In this document: positions 19,827 through 31,026 of the stretch, in pieces
Numbering within the stretch: the first letter of the stretch is position 1
How the letters are laid out: every line of letters starts with the position of its first letter
NCBI GenBank assembly: GCA_963748625.1
Contig: CAVVJT010000010.1
Span: 256,001-320,000, forward strand
Reading direction: 5' to 3'
DNA: 64,000 nt
DNA from: an uncultured Chloroflexia bacterium
Lineage (GTDB): Bacteria; Chloroflexota; Limnocylindria; Limnocylindrales; CSP1-4
Translations under genes and position numbers: made by a program
The notes under the pieces: generated by a model
What the model was told of the DNA's origin: nothing
What the model saw: the letters and a program-made list of their open reading frames with translations, nothing else
The model's database searches: none

Positions 19827-21755
19827 CTACTCCAGGTAGTCCTTGAGCTTGCGACTGCGCGACGGATGCCGCAGCTTGCGCAGCGCCTTCGCCTCGATCT
19901 GGCGGATCCGCTCGCGGGTGACATTGAACTCCTTGCCCACCTCTTCCAAGGTCCGAGCGCGGCCATCCTCCAGGCCGAAGCGCAGTTGGAGGACCCGCCG
20001 CTCCCGCCCCGTCAGGGAGTCGAGCACGGCTTCGACCTGCTCCTTGAGCAGCTGGTGGCTGGCGGCTTCGGCCGGGGCGAGGGCGCCTCGGTCCTCGATG
20101 AAGTCACCGAGGTGCGAGTCCTCCTCCTCACCGATCGGCGTCTCGAGCGAGACCGGCTCCTGCGAGACCTTCATGATCTCACGGACCTTCTCGGGCGTGA
20201 CGACGACGACGATCTCGGCCTCCTTCTCCTTCTTCTTGGGCGGCTCGATATCGATGTCCCGGCCGACCTCCTTGACGTTGAACCCGTCCTCCGGAAGGCC
20301 GGCGAAGTCCACCTTCGAGCGGTCGGCCAGCTGGAGGAGGACGCCCGGCGTCTTGTCGCCACGCACCTCGAAGGACACGATGTTGTCGCGCCCGCCGACG
20401 GCCGTGAAGATGCGGGTCGTGTTGTCCGGCCCCAGGGTCATCGCAAGGGCGATCTCCTCCACCGTGGGCTCGCGGCCCAGGTCCTGGAGGAGCTGGCGCG
20501 ACACGCGGATCAGGCGGTTGATCGTCTCGACCATGTGGACCGGGATCCGGATGGTCCGGGCCTGGTCCGCGATGGCGCGGGTGATCGCCTGGCGGATCCA
20601 CCACGTCGCGTAGGTGGAGAACTTGAAGCCCTTCTCGAAGTCGAACTTCTCCACCGCCCGGATGAGACCGATGTTCCCCTCCTGGATCAGGTCCAGGAAG
20701 CTCATGCCGCGCCCGATGTACTTCTTGGCGATGGACACGACGAGGCGCAGGTTGGCCGAGGTGAGCTGCTCGCGGGCGTCACGGCCGATCTTGACCACGT
20801 CGCCCTTGCGGTCGCGCATCTTGGTCTGGGGCGGGACCTCGGGGTCAAAGCCCATGCGGCGCAGCAGGTCGGCATCGTTGCCGGCCTCGATCCAGCGCTG
20901 GAGCGCCGGGTAGGCGACCTCGTCGCGCGTCCAGTCGTAGATGGCGCGCAGGCCGGGGTTGTCGCGCGAGTCGAGATCCCCGTTGTGGACCGAGAGATAG
21001 GACCAGTCGAGAATCTCGTTGAACGCTGCCGCTGTCGGCGCCTCGTTGTAGGCTGCCAGCTTCTCCTTGGCCTGCTTGAGCAGCGCCTTGGTACCGTCGG
21101 ACTGGGCGTCCTTGGCCAGCTTGGTGTACGCGATCTCGGGTCCCGGAACGAGCAGGTCGCTCGCGCCGTCGGCGGCCAGGGCATCCGCCACCATCTGGTG
21201 GGTCTCGGGACCGAAGGGCAGCCGGTGCTGCGACTTCGCGGTGCGGGTCTTGCGCTCCGTCTCGTGGAGGGTCCACTCGTGCAGCGAGACGATCGCCTTC
21301 CACGGCTCCACGATGATCTGCTCGCCCAGCTCGATCGCCTTGGCGAGGACGACCTCCTCCTCCGCGGTGAGCAGCGCGACCTTGCCGATCTCCTTGAGGT
21401 ACATCCGGACCGGGTCGTCGATCCCGATCATGTCCGCGGAGAGCGCCTCCAGCTCCTCCGTGGACGGCTCCTCCACCTCGGCGGCGTTGAGCTTGGGCGG
21501 GGCGTCCTCGGTTGGCACCGGGACGCCCTCGATGGCCTCCTCGGTCACGATCTCCAGGGAGAGCTCCGGCTCCTCGGGCAGGAGGTCGATGTCGTCCTCG
21601 TCGTCCTCGTCGTCGGACGGCGCTGCCGGCTGCACGGCCACCGCGGCGGGCGCAGCCTTCCTGCCCGACCGGCGGGCGGGCTTCGGAGCGGCCGGGGCCC
21701 CGACTGCCTCCTCGGCCTCGACTGCCTCCGGGGCGATGTCGGTCTCGTCGGTCAT
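19827..21755 (-). CDS. rpoD: Primary sigma factor RpoD (sigma70 group 1) with an extra insertion in region 3
   Basis: [75 protein letters not shown]; downstream of dnaG. Confidence 0.96.
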   Translation of the reverse strand: MTDETDIAPEAVEAEEAVGAPAAPKPARRSGRKAAPAAVAVQPAAPSDDEDDEDDIDLLPEEPELSLEIVTEEAIEGVPVPTEDAPPKLNAAEVEEPSTEELEALSADMIGIDDPVRMYLKEIGKVALLTAEEEVVLAKAIELGEQIIVEPWKAIVSLHEWTLHETERKTRTAKSQHRLPFGPETHQMVADALAADGASDLLVPGPEIAYTKLAKDAQSDGTKALLKQAKEKLAAYNEAPTAAAFNEILDWSYLSVHNGDLDSRDNPGLRAIYDWTRDEVAYPALQRWIEAGNDADLLRRMGFDPEVPPQTKMRDRKGDVVKIGRDAREQLTSANLRLVVSIAKKYIGRGMSFLDLIQEGNIGLIRAVEKFDFEKGFKFSTYATWWIRQAITRAIADQARTIRIPVHMVETINRLIRVSRQLLQDLGREPTVEEIALAMTLGPDNTTRIFTAVGGRDNIVSFEVRGDKTPGVLLQLADRSKVDFAGLPEDGFNVKEVGRDIDIEPPKKKEKEAEIVVVVTPEKVREIMKVSQEPVSLETPIGEEEDSHLGDFIEDRGALAPAEAASHQLLKEQVEAVLDSLTGRERRVLQLRFGLEDGRARTLEEVGKEFNVTRERIRQIEAKALRKLRHPSRSRKLKDYLE

Positions 21756-21819
21756 AGGGTCGAGGTCCTCCCGGGTGGCTGGAACGGCGCTGGGACGCAT
21801 GGAGCGGGTCATGTGGGGG

Positions 21820-23766
21820 TCACGCCGTAGCCGCCCCGGCACGGGTGAGAAGGCGGGTCTGGTCACGCCGGCGGTCAAGCGACCGGCGCTGCTCGTTGAG
21901 GAGCCGGCGCTCGAGCATGAGGCGGTCAACCGACTCGGCGTCACCGTCGCGCTCGGCCTCTGCGGTGGCGTCGCGGTTGAAGCCGCTGCGCTCCTGCCAC
22001 TCCACGTCGTCCAGCTCGAGCATGAGACGCTCGATCTCGTACTTGAGCGAGCGGTCGCCGAGATCGCGCGGATTGGGTCCGGGCCGGCTCACGAGGGCCT
22101 GGCCGAGGGCCCGGCTCTCCTCGTCGAGCCCGTCGAGCACCGCCGTGAGCGAGAAGGCCGGCCGGACCCCGTGATCGTCCCGGGTCCGGGCGATCACCAC
22201 GGCGCGGTAGAGCTCACGGGCCACCTGGGACGGCAGGCGATCGGGTCCGAGGCCGTCGAGGACGGCGTCATGCGTCTCGGGCACGAGCAGCACGAGCCGC
22301 AGGAGCTCCTGCTCCGTGCGTGAGACGCCGCGCAGGATGTCGGCCACGGGCAGCGCGTCGGGCGCCCTCGTGACGGCCTCAGCGGTGAAGCGGTCGCGAC
22401 CGTCCTGACCGCCGCGGCGGTCGTCGCCGGCCGGGCGCCGGTGGAGCGCCTCGAGCAGGGTCCGCTCCTCCACTCCGCTGACCTGGTGGACACGGGCGAG
22501 GTAGCCGTCACGCATCACCGGGTTGGGCAGGTTGCGGATGATCGGCAGGACGGCATCGACGAAGCGGGCGCGGCCGCCTGGCGCGCGCAGGTCGTGGACG
22601 CGGGCGTGGACGTCGATGAGGTAGTCGATGATCGGCTGCGCGGTCCGGACCTCCTCGCGCCAGCGGTCCGGCTCGTCCCGGATCACCTCGTCGGGGTCCC
22701 GGCCCTCGGGAAGGCGGACCACGCGCACGTCGTCGAGCTCCACGCCCGAGTCGTCCGGGGCCAGCTGGCGGATCAGCTCCTCGAGCGCGGTGGCGCCGAA
22801 GGTGCCCGCCTTCTGGCCCGCAGCGTCGACGTCGTAGGCGAGCGCGATCCGCTTGCCGTACCGGGTGATCAGGGCGACCTGCTGCGGCGTGAGCGCCGTA
22901 CCGAGGCTGGCGACCACGTTCTCGAAGCCCGCCTGGTGGGCCATCAGCGCGTCGGTGTAGCCCTCGACGATCACCGCCTGGCCGGTCTTGCGGATGGCGC
23001 TCTTGGCGCGGTCGACCAGGTACAGCGTGCGGCTCTTGTCGAACAGCGGCGTGGCCGGTGAGTTGAGGTACTTGGGGCCGCGATCCCGGCCGTCCTCGGT
23101 TGGCCCCTCCTTGCCCAGGATCCGGCCGCCCAGGCCCACCGGGTGCCCGTTGGCGTCGCGGATCGGGAAGATCACCCGCTCACGGAAGCGGTCGTACACG
23201 CCTCCCCCACGCTGGCGCGGGCTGGCCAGGCCGACCTCGAGCAGCTCGTCGGGGCGGACCTGCCGCTTGGAGGCGAGCTGGCGGGCGAGCGAGTCCCAGC
23301 CGCCCGGCGCCCAACCGAGCTGGTGCTTCTCGATGGTGGCGTCCGTGAAGCCGCGGTCCTTGAGGTACGCGAGGGCGGCCTCGCCCTGCTTCGACTTGGT
23401 CAGGACCGCGTGGTAGAAGGCGATCGCGGCCTCCATCACGTCGCGCAGGCGGGCGGCGCGGGCATCCTCGCGCTTGGTCCGCTCGTCGATCTCCACCCCG
23501 GCCCGCGCGGCCAGCGCCTTGAGCGCCTCGGGGAAGGCGACCTGGTCGCGCTCCATGACGAACGTGAAGATGTCGCCGTGGAGGCCGCAGCCGAAGCAGT
23601 GCCACGTGTCGCGCACAGGGGTCACGACGAAGGACGGCGTCTTCTCGCCGTGGAACGGGCACAGCCCCTTGAGGGTGGTGCCGGCCTTCTTCAGCTGGAC
23701 CGTCTCCCCGACCACGTCAGCGACCGGTAGGCGACCCTTGATCTCGGCGACAACGCCGACCGCCAA
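21820..23766 (-). CDS. dnaG: DNA primase
   Basis: Zn finger [11 protein letters not shown]...CFGC; KYLNSP; TOPRIM VEGYTD and YDVDAAG; TTG start with GGGGAGGAG RBS. Confidence 0.96.
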   Translation of the reverse strand: MAVGVVAEIKGRLPVADVVGETVQLKKAGTTLKGLCPFHGEKTPSFVVTPVRDTWHCFGCGLHGDIFTFVMERDQVAFPEALKALAARAGVEIDERTKREDARAARLRDVMEAAIAFYHAVLTKSKQGEAALAYLKDRGFTDATIEKHQLGWAPGGWDSLARQLASKRQVRPDELLEVGLASPRQRGGGVYDRFRERVIFPIRDANGHPVGLGGRILGKEGPTEDGRDRGPKYLNSPATPLFDKSRTLYLVDRAKSAIRKTGQAVIVEGYTDALMAHQAGFENVVASLGTALTPQQVALITRYGKRIALAYDVDAAGQKAGTFGATALEELIRQLAPDDSGVELDDVRVVRLPEGRDPDEVIRDEPDRWREEVRTAQPIIDYLIDVHARVHDLRAPGGRARFVDAVLPIIRNLPNPVMRDGYLARVHQVSGVEERTLLEALHRRPAGDDRRGGQDGRDRFTAEAVTRAPDALPVADILRGVSRTEQELLRLVLLVPETHDAVLDGLGPDRLPSQVARELYRAVVIARTRDDHGVRPAFSLTAVLDGLDEESRALGQALVSRPGPNPRDLGDRSLKYEIERLMLELDDVEWQERSGFNRDATAEAERDGDAESVDRLMLERRLLNEQRRSLDRRRDQTRLLTRAGAATA

Positions 23767-23820
23767 GCGCGCTCCTCCCCGAATTCCCTGGGCTCGTACC
23801 GGCGGAAATGACGACGGACC

Positions 23821-23925
23821 TGTCAAGTCTTGACAGGCCTCGCCAGCGATCGAGAGTACCCCCGGTCACCGGTTCCGGCAAGGAACCACGGGCGTTGTCA
23901 AGTGCCGTGTCAAGAGGCTGTCAAG
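23821..23925. promoter_or_regulatory. TGTCAAG/CTTGACA motif cluster upstream of dnaG-rpoD
   Basis: Palindrome TGTCAAG-T-CTTGACA at 23821-23835, plus TGTCAAG direct repeats at 23896, 23908 and 23919. Confidence 0.55.
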
Positions 23926-23990
23926 AGCCATCTCCCCGGTGGGCGGCGGCGGGGCTGACCGCTGGCGCAGCACGCTCAGGGTGGTGCGGC

Positions 23991-24072
23991 ACGCGCGCCG
24001 GTGGCGCGGCCCGCGCGCCGGTGGCGCGGCACGCGCGCCGGTGGCGCGGCCCGCGCGCCGGTGGCGCGGCAC
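23991..24072. repeat. 20-bp tandem repeat, 4 copies (CGCGCGCCGGTGGCGCGGC[A/C])
   Basis: Direct inspection. Confidence 0.85.
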
Positions 24073-24096
24073 CGGCACCCAAGCCCTGCGCACGGT

Positions 24097-24202
24097 CCAG
24101 GAGGGGGCCGTTTCGGCGCGTCGTGAGCGTCCCGTGGGTGCGACAGCCGAGGTTTGCTCCGCAGCGCGTGCGTGCGCCGTCCCGATTCGGCCCCCACGTA
24201 GG
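24097..24202. repeat. ~106-bp palindromic element (inverted homolog of 61879-61985)
   Basis: The reverse complement CCTACGTGGGGGCCGAATCGGGACGGCGCACGCACG...CGAAACGGCCCCC aligns with 61879-61985. Confidence 0.7.
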
Positions 24203-24315
24203 CCGTGTTGCGATCCATCGGTCGCGAGATCCCCTCCCCGTCCATGGGGAAGCATGGCCAGGACGTGGGCTTCCCCGCCCCGGGGAGGAGGCCGGGTCGG
24301 GGAAGCCCCCCGTCG

Positions 24316-25983
24316 TCAGGGTGGCGCGGGCTGGGTCGTGAGCCACTGGTGGGCGGCCAGGACATCGAGCCGCCCGGATCCGTACGCGTTGTCCGCGCCG
24401 GCAGGACCCAGGTCGATTGCGGAGGCCTCCAGGGCCGCTGCCTGTTGGGCAACGGTGAGGCCCGGGTGCGCCCCCAGGAGCAACGCGAGGGCGCCGGAGA
24501 CATGGGGGGCGGCCATCGATGTGCCGCTTGCGGTCTGGTAGAGCCCATATCGGTCCGCCGAGCGGATCCCGACACCCGGTGCAACCAGCTCCGGATAGGT
24601 CGTCGACGGCTCGCCACAGGCTGACGGGCCACGGCTCGACGTGGGGTCGACGACATCGGCTCCATTCACGGCGCCGACTGCCAGCGCCTCGGGGAGGTTG
24701 GCCGGACTCACACTCGTGCCCGCGGACGGGCCTTGGTTGCCAGCGGCGAAGACCGGCAGGATGCCGGCTGCCAGGACGGCCTGGAGGTCCGGCTGGAACT
24801 CCAGGCTGCAGCCGATGGTGCCCGACGCCCAGGAGCTGTTGAGCACGTCAGGGGCGTCATCCGTCCCGGGATCCCCGTCCGGGTCCAGGATCCACTGGAA
24901 CGCGAGGTGGATTGCGGTTGTGGTGGCCGCACCTGCGTCGTTGAAGATCTTCGCTGCGATCCAGGTCGCCCCCGGGGCCATGCCGATGGTGGTGCCGCCT
25001 GCGTCCCCTCCGACGATGACGCCCATGGTCGCCGTGCCATGGCCGGTCATGTCGACGGGCAGGTCGGGATGCTGGCCATACGGGTCAAACCAGGAGTTGG
25101 CCCCGCCTCGCCAGCGGGACGCAAGGTCCGGATGGTAGGCGTCGACGCCGGAGTCGAGGCTTGCGACCACGACGCCCTGGCCGGTGTATCCGGACGACCA
25201 CATCGCGGGTGCGTTGACGGCGGCGATGTTAGCCTCGGGCGGGCCGAGGGGCGTCGGCGTCGGCGTGGGTGCGATGGTCGGCGTGGGCGTCGGCGTTGGC
25301 GTGGGTGCGATGGTCGGCGTGGGCGTCGGGGTGGGCGTTGGCGTTGGCGTGGGTGCGATGGTCGGCGTCGGGGTGGGTTTGGGCGATCGCGTCGGCCGGG
25401 GGGTTGCGGTCGGGCGGGGCGTTGCGGTCGGGCGTGGCGTGGCGGTCGGCCGGGGGGTTGCGGTCGGGCGTGGCGTGGCCTTGGCCCGGGCCCTCACGGC
25501 AGGTCGTGCAACCGGCGTCGGCTCGGTACCCCACAGCGGCACGACGCCGGCGTCATCGCTCAGCACGGCGGCCACATCCGGGCGCCCCGCGATGGCGCGG
25601 ATCACGGGTTCCGACGCGGTCACCGAGACCGCGTTGACCACCCACAGGGGAACCACACGAGCGACGCGCCCCCGCGCCCGTTCGCCTGCGAGGACGTCCA
25701 GGAGCTGCGCCTGTGCGGTGGCAGCATGGTCGCGGAGGGCCCGCTGCACGCCTCGCAGCGCCGCACGCCGACCCACCCGCGGAACGCGGCTGAGGTCCGC
25801 CTGCGAGCGCAGCATAACCACCACGGTGCGCATCCCCGCCGGCGTGCCGTCGGGGAGCGACACGCCGGCGGGACTCCCGATGCGCGGGACGCTGGTCCGT
25901 TCCGAGGCCGCACTGCCGGTCGCGCCCGGAGGGGCTATGGCCAGCAGCGCCACGATCAGGACGGCGACGGGGACCCTGCGCAT
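24316..25983 (-). CDS. Secreted S8 (subtilisin / bacillopeptidase F-like) serine peptidase with a Pro/Thr linker
   Basis: Signal peptide and propeptide; TPRPTA and PTPTPTIA repeats; catalytic triad [22 protein letters not shown]. Confidence 0.93.
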   Translation of the reverse strand: MRRVPVAVLIVALLAIAPPGATGSAASERTSVPRIGSPAGVSLPDGTPAGMRTVVVMLRSQADLSRVPRVGRRAALRGVQRALRDHAATAQAQLLDVLAGERARGRVARVVPLWVVNAVSVTASEPVIRAIAGRPDVAAVLSDDAGVVPLWGTEPTPVARPAVRARAKATPRPTATPRPTATPRPTATPRPTATPRPTRSPKPTPTPTIAPTPTPTPTPTPTPTIAPTPTPTPTPTIAPTPTPTPLGPPEANIAAVNAPAMWSSGYTGQGVVVASLDSGVDAYHPDLASRWRGGANSWFDPYGQHPDLPVDMTGHGTATMGVIVGGDAGGTTIGMAPGATWIAAKIFNDAGAATTTAIHLAFQWILDPDGDPGTDDAPDVLNSSWASGTIGCSLEFQPDLQAVLAAGILPVFAAGNQGPSAGTSVSPANLPEALAVGAVNGADVVDPTSSRGPSACGEPSTTYPELVAPGVGIRSADRYGLYQTASGTSMAAPHVSGALALLLGAHPGLTVAQQAAALEASAIDLGPAGADNAYGSGRLDVLAAHQWLTTQPAPP

Positions 25984-25993
25984 CGGTTTGACC

Positions 25994-26566
25994 TCAGCTC
26001 TGTGCTGCGACCGGCTCGAGCCGGATCGCGTCGATGACGACGGAGACCGGTACGCCCGCCTGCACGAGCCCACCCGAGTTCGGGAACAGGAGGAAGTAGC
26101 TCGCGCCGTCGGCCAGCTCGAGCTTGTGCGCGCGCGGCTGGGGTGCCCGAAGGACGGCCCCGTTGGCGGTGAGCAGCTCGGGCAGGGTGGCCGCGTCGTG
26201 CAGGATGTGGTCGGCCTTGTTCTTGTCGAGGACGGTGAAGCGGAGGTCCACGAGTCCCCCGTCGGCGGTCACCGCCACGAGGTTCACGCGGATCCCGTAC
26301 TCCGCCTCCATCTCGCCTTCGGACACGACGCGCGCGTCTGCGGCGTTCCGCGCGAAGAGGTCGGTGAACTCCGCGGTCCATGTGATCGCGGCGGTCACCA
26401 TGACCGGCAGGACGACGGCTCCAGCGAGTGCCGCCAGCCACGGCCGCACCCGGAGTCGTGCCCGTCGGCGCTCCGCCGGCTCCGGTGAAGCCGGCGCGGG
26501 ATCCTGGGCCTCCGGTACCGCGGCCGGGAGGCCGCGGTCCAGCTCGGTTCGATCGATGGTTGTCAT
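25994..26566 (-). CDS. Membrane-anchored hypothetical protein of the cupredoxin operon
   Basis: Single TM followed by [28 protein letters not shown]; tight operon spacing. Confidence 0.75.
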   Translation of the reverse strand: MTTIDRTELDRGLPAAVPEAQDPAPASPEPAERRRARLRVRPWLAALAGAVVLPVMVTAAITWTAEFTDLFARNAADARVVSEGEMEAEYGIRVNLVAVTADGGLVDLRFTVLDKNKADHILHDAATLPELLTANGAVLRAPQPRAHKLELADGASYFLLFPNSGGLVQAGVPVSVVIDAIRLEPVAAQS

Positions 26567-26570
26567 GGCG

Positions 26571-29500
26571 TCAGGGCAGGTCGAACGCGTCGACGTCGAG
26601 GTTGCCGGCGGTCAGGCCCTTGGCGGTCCCGTCGAAGTAGACCGTCCAGGTCCCGCCGTTGAGGTAGACGACGTCCTCGTCCTGGACGGCGCCCAGGCCG
26701 GGCACCGTCGTGTCAGCGCTGTACGAGAGGTAGATGTGTGTGGCGTCGACCCGGACGAGGCCGTCCACGTTGGCCGTGGACCACCCCAGCGCCGAGGCGT
26801 CGTGCACGCGGGCGTAGACGCTGCCGTTCCAGCTGTAGATGTCGGCGTCGTCGCCGCCACCCGTGACGCCCGGCGGGATGTCGGTGTCGTCGGTCGAGAA
26901 GTAGAGCGTCCCGCCGGCGATGGTGATCGCGTCGAGGTCGGTCCCCGCGAGACCGTTGGCGCTCCCGTCGAAGTAGAGCGACCAGGTGCCGGCGTTGAAG
27001 TAGACGACGTCCTCGTCGGCGACGGTGCCCACGCCGGGAACCGCCACGTTTCCGTTGAAGGAGACATAGAAGTGGGTGGCGTCGACCTGGTCGAACCCGT
27101 CGACGTTGGCGCCCGTCGGCAGCGAGTACGGTGCCGCGGTGGCGTCGATGGTGCGGCCGAAGACCGACCCATCCCAGAGGTAGATGTCGGCGTCGTCCGC
27201 CGTTCCGGCGACGCCGGGCGGGTTCGTGCCGCCGGAGGTCGAGAAGTAGAGCGGGGTGATGACCGTGTAGACCTGGCCGACGAACGGCAGGCCCGCGGTC
27301 GGCAGGGCGTTCCCTGCGACGTCCTTGATCCCGGTCGCCGAGGTGAGGTTCAGGCCGAGGGTGCCGCCGTTGGAGCCGGTCGAGGCCGTCACGGTGCGCG
27401 TGGAGCCAGTTCCGGTGACCGACGAGATGGAAGCGCCCGACAGGCCGCCCCCGCCCACGAGGGTGAAGTTGCCGCTCGTGACCCCGGTCACGGTCTCCGA
27501 GAACGTCACGAGGAACGAGACGCTCGCCGCGGAGGTGGGACTGGGATCGACCCGGTCGATGCTGCCGATGGTCGGCGGCGTCTTCTCGATCACGAGGGTG
27601 GTCGTGCTCGCAGCGCCCCAGTTGCCGGCAGCGTCCTTGCCGCGGACGTGGATGGTGTGGTTGCCCACGCTGAGGAGGTTGATCGTCGTCAGCGGGATGT
27701 CGGCGTAGACCGCCTCCGTGGCAGCGTTGAAGACGCTGTCGGAGGCAACGAACACGAAGCCCGTGCCGGTGGCGCCGACGGTGTCGATGAACCCCTCGCC
27801 CGCGGCGATGGCGCTGTTGCCCGATGCGGTGTCGTCGATCGTGGCCGTGACGCGGACCGACGGATTGCTGCTGGTCACGCCGAGCGAGCCGCCGTTGGGG
27901 TTCGGGGTGGCAGTGACGCCGGTCGTCGTCGGACCGGTCGCGTCGGAGGCCAGGGTGATCGTGACGAACGGGCCCCAGTTGCCGGCGGCGTCGAGTGCGC
28001 GCACGGACACCACGCCGGACTGTCCGGCAGGGATGGTGGCCGTGATGGCGGCGACGGTCGCGACGTGGTTGAGCGTCATGCCGATCCCGGTGCCGGGGGC
28101 CCCGGTCGCGCCGACGAAGTACTCGGCGGCGACAACGTTGCTGTTCCCGGTGGTGACGTCGCTGGCCGTGCCGGCGAGCGCCACGGGGACGCTGCCGTCG
28201 GACGAGCTGGGGGTCAGCGTCAGGCCGCTCACGGTGGGCCCGGCCATGTCCAGGGTGATCGTCGTGGCGGCGAACGATCCCCAGTTCCCGAGGGCGTCGC
28301 GGCCGCGCACGTACACCGTGTGCGTCCCCGAGGTCCAGGCGCTGGTGTCGATCTCGCCCGAGTTCGTGGTGACCGCCTCGGCCACCTCGTCGAACGCCAG
28401 GTCGGCGGCCGTCATCGGCAGCGCCGTGCCCGAGTCGACCTTGTACTGCGCGGCGTCGATGGTCGTGCCGCCGGTCGCCGCGTCGTCCACGGTCGCCGTC
28501 AGCGTGTAGGTGCCCGGCCCTGCCGGCGTCAGGGTGACGCCGCTCGTGACCGGGCCCGCCGTGTCCGTGCCGGAGGCCGTGCCGGCCGCATCCACGAGGG
28601 CCAGCATCCCGCCGATGCCGTAGACGGAACCGACGTTGACGTTGCTGTTGTTGAGCAGCATTGCCGCGTCATAGATCGGGTACTTGGTCGAGGTCGTGGC
28701 CGACACCGGGACGGCGGCGAGGACGTCGGCGGTCTGGCCCGGAGCCAGGGTGTCGGCGACCATCGTCCGCGGCGCCGGCAGGAGGCTGCCATCGGTCGCC
28801 AGCATCCGCTGGGGCAGGCCGAGCGCGCCAATCGAGTGGTGCAGGATCCCCGCGTTCACATACCTCAGGAGCAGGGAGTTCCCGCCCGTGGTCGTGATCG
28901 AGGAAGCCGTCGACGAGTAGGCCGCGCCGTTGACGAGGAACCACTTCGGGGCGAAGGCGCGGAGGTCGAACGTCCAGGGCGTCGCGCTGCCGTTCAGGGC
29001 CGGATCGATCTCGCCCAGCACGACGAGGGCCTCATCGTCGAAGGCGGTGGACGCGGCCGCATAGGCCTGCATGGGGGCGCCGACCGGCCTGACGACCAGG
29101 GCGCCGTAGAGGCCCATGGCCACCTGGTACTCGGAGCCCGGGATCAGCCCCGCCTCGTAGAGGTAGGTGCCCGGATCGTCCGCTGTGAACGTGTACACCT
29201 TCGTGCCGCCGCCGGCGGTCGCGCCCGTGATGTCGGACGCGATCGCCTGGCCGCCGAACTGGATCGAGGTCGGGCGTGACAGCGTGTTGTGGAGCGTGAT
29301 CGTGACCTGGTCGCCCTCGTCGGCGACCAGGACCGGTCCCGGAGCCTTGGCGGGGAGGGACGCCGACGGGGCGAATCCCCAGATCGTCGCCGTTCCGCCG
29401 CCGGGCAGCGAGACCGTCCCGGTCTTTGCCCACAGGTCGCAGGCGACCGTGGTGCCGCTGTCGACACAGGCCGGGTTCGGGCCGGGATCGATCGGCCCGG

Positions 29501-29603
29501 CGGCCGCGGCGATTCCCGGGACGAGCAGCGCCGCGAGGGCGAGCGCCGACCCGAGGGCCGCCGAGGAAAGGATGCTGCGCTTCATCGTACGTTCCGATCG
29601 CAT
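26571..29603 (-). CDS. Secreted protein: two ligand-less cupredoxin domains, Ig-like repeats and a C-terminal propeller-like repeat (MCO subunit C)
   Basis: PGPVLVADEGDQVTITLHN; GTYLYEAG...MGLYG (Cu ligands lost); three D(A/L)AGNWG-type Ig repeats; two LYFST..DDADIY..DEDVVY repeats. Confidence 0.8.
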   Translation of the reverse strand: MRSERTMKRSILSSAALGSALALAALLVPGIAAAAGPIDPGPNPACVDSGTTVACDLWAKTGTVSLPGGGTATIWGFAPSASLPAKAPGPVLVADEGDQVTITLHNTLSRPTSIQFGGQAIASDITGATAGGGTKVYTFTADDPGTYLYEAGLIPGSEYQVAMGLYGALVVRPVGAPMQAYAAASTAFDDEALVVLGEIDPALNGSATPWTFDLRAFAPKWFLVNGAAYSSTASSITTTGGNSLLLRYVNAGILHHSIGALGLPQRMLATDGSLLPAPRTMVADTLAPGQTADVLAAVPVSATTSTKYPIYDAAMLLNNSNVNVGSVYGIGGMLALVDAAGTASGTDTAGPVTSGVTLTPAGPGTYTLTATVDDAATGGTTIDAAQYKVDSGTALPMTAADLAFDEVAEAVTTNSGEIDTSAWTSGTHTVYVRGRDALGNWGSFAATTITLDMAGPTVSGLTLTPSSSDGSVPVALAGTASDVTTGNSNVVAAEYFVGATGAPGTGIGMTLNHVATVAAITATIPAGQSGVVSVRALDAAGNWGPFVTITLASDATGPTTTGVTATPNPNGGSLGVTSSNPSVRVTATIDDTASGNSAIAAGEGFIDTVGATGTGFVFVASDSVFNAATEAVYADIPLTTINLLSVGNHTIHVRGKDAAGNWGAASTTTLVIEKTPPTIGSIDRVDPSPTSAASVSFLVTFSETVTGVTSGNFTLVGGGGLSGASISSVTGTGSTRTVTASTGSNGGTLGLNLTSATGIKDVAGNALPTAGLPFVGQVYTVITPLYFSTSGGTNPPGVAGTADDADIYLWDGSVFGRTIDATAAPYSLPTGANVDGFDQVDATHFYVSFNGNVAVPGVGTVADEDVVYFNAGTWSLYFDGSANGLAGTDLDAITIAGGTLYFSTDDTDIPPGVTGGGDDADIYSWNGSVYARVHDASALGWSTANVDGLVRVDATHIYLSYSADTTVPGLGAVQDEDVVYLNGGTWTVYFDGTAKGLTAGNLDVDAFDLP

Positions 29604-29623
29604 GGTCGTTCCCCTACCTCTCA

Positions 29624-31018
29624 TCACGGACAGGTGTTGGGCAGGGGCGGATCGACCCTCGTGTAGGTGATCGGCCCGGTCATGTTCACGCCCCACGACG
29701 TGAGCTGGTAGAGCGCGTGGTTGTGGGCGATGATGTAGAACTCGCCGCACTCGTTGAGGGTCTGGACGCCCGGTGGCATCGCCTCCTGGACGCCCAGGTA
29801 CGGGCTGCCGCCGTAGAACATCCCGATCGTGAGGTTCTGCAGGTCGGGCTCGGTGGCCGGGACCGTGTTGGATGGCGAGTAGCCCTCGGCGTCGCGCCAG
29901 TCGAAGAGGACGTCCCAGGTCTGTCCCGGCCCGATGTTGACGGCGAACTTGTCGAACGACAGGTCCTCGGCCGCAGCGCCCTCGAGCGGCGCGCCGTCGC
30001 GCCCGATCACCTTGCCGTTGTTGCCGTGAGGGTGGAACGGGAAGTCCATGCTGCCCACGCTCAGGTAGCGGTCCACGGCCGGCAGCGGGTTGGAGGTGGC
30101 GTCATACGGGAGGATCGGGGCCAGCGACCCGTAGGGCTGGCTGGGCAGCCACGACGCGAAGTTGTCCGCGATGCTGTCGGGGAACCCCCGCCCGTTGATC
30201 AGCCAGTACCGCGGGTGGTACGTGTTCATGTTGAACGCGTTCCCCTTGAGGACCCTGGCGTTGAGGTAGGGGTCGATCTCCGAGAGCAGCACGAGGAACT
30301 CCGATGACTGGGTGGCCGTCGGCGCCTTGAACTGGGAGTCGGCCCGGTTGTAGACAAAGGTGTCACCCATCGCCGGGCGGACGATCAGGGCTCCGAAGAG
30401 TCCCATCCGCACCTGGACCTGGGGGCTGGCGTAGGGACTCGGGGTCCCACTCGACTTCTGGCCGCCTCCGCTCTCGTACAGGAAGGTGCCGGGCTCATCC
30501 GCGACGAAGCTGTAGGTCACGGTCCCGCCGCCGGGCTGGGCCGCCTGGGCGAGCGAGGTCATCGTCGTCCCGCTGAACTGCGGCTGTGACGGCACGCCGT
30601 TCGCGGTGACGTTCTCCTGGCCCGGGAACACGATGGACACGGCCGGCGCGTTCTTGGGGGACGTGGCCGTGAATGTGTTCTTCAAGATCACGGTCACCGT
30701 GTCTCCCTCGTGGACGCACAGGACCGGCCCGGGATGCTGGAACGGCTTGTTGCCCTCGGAGAAGCCCCACATGTACGCGGTGGTGCCGTCCGGCAGGTTG
30801 ATGTACCCCGAGCGCGTCGTCAGGTTGAAGGTCGGGTTGGGGCCGCCTTCCGTGCACACGATGCCGATGGCATTGCTGCCCTCGGTCGCGGCCGTCACGG
30901 GCCGCGCGGCGGGCGGCGACAGCAGCACCCCGAAGACCAGGATGGGCGAGACCAGCAGCGCCAGCCAGCGGCGGGCGCGTGGGCGCGTGGACCGTTGCAT
31001 CGTCATCACTCCGCTCAT
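29624..31018 (-). CDS. Secreted two-domain multicopper-oxidase-family protein (subunit B; HxH pairs only in domain 2)
   Basis: PGPVLCVHEGDTV; domain 1 SIVFPG and LYESG (no ligands); domain 2 FHPHG and AHNHA. Confidence 0.82.
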   Translation of the reverse strand: MSGVMTMQRSTRPRARRWLALLVSPILVFGVLLSPPAARPVTAATEGSNAIGIVCTEGGPNPTFNLTTRSGYINLPDGTTAYMWGFSEGNKPFQHPGPVLCVHEGDTVTVILKNTFTATSPKNAPAVSIVFPGQENVTANGVPSQPQFSGTTMTSLAQAAQPGGGTVTYSFVADEPGTFLYESGGGQKSSGTPSPYASPQVQVRMGLFGALIVRPAMGDTFVYNRADSQFKAPTATQSSEFLVLLSEIDPYLNARVLKGNAFNMNTYHPRYWLINGRGFPDSIADNFASWLPSQPYGSLAPILPYDATSNPLPAVDRYLSVGSMDFPFHPHGNNGKVIGRDGAPLEGAAAEDLSFDKFAVNIGPGQTWDVLFDWRDAEGYSPSNTVPATEPDLQNLTIGMFYGGSPYLGVQEAMPPGVQTLNECGEFYIIAHNHALYQLTSWGVNMTGPITYTRVDPPLPNTCP

Positions 31019-31026
31019 CACCGCAC

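Noticed and set aside
20200-20441. RpoD insertion as an intein
   Set aside because: It is too short and lacks a Cys/Ser start and the His-Asn-[C/S/T] splice junction.
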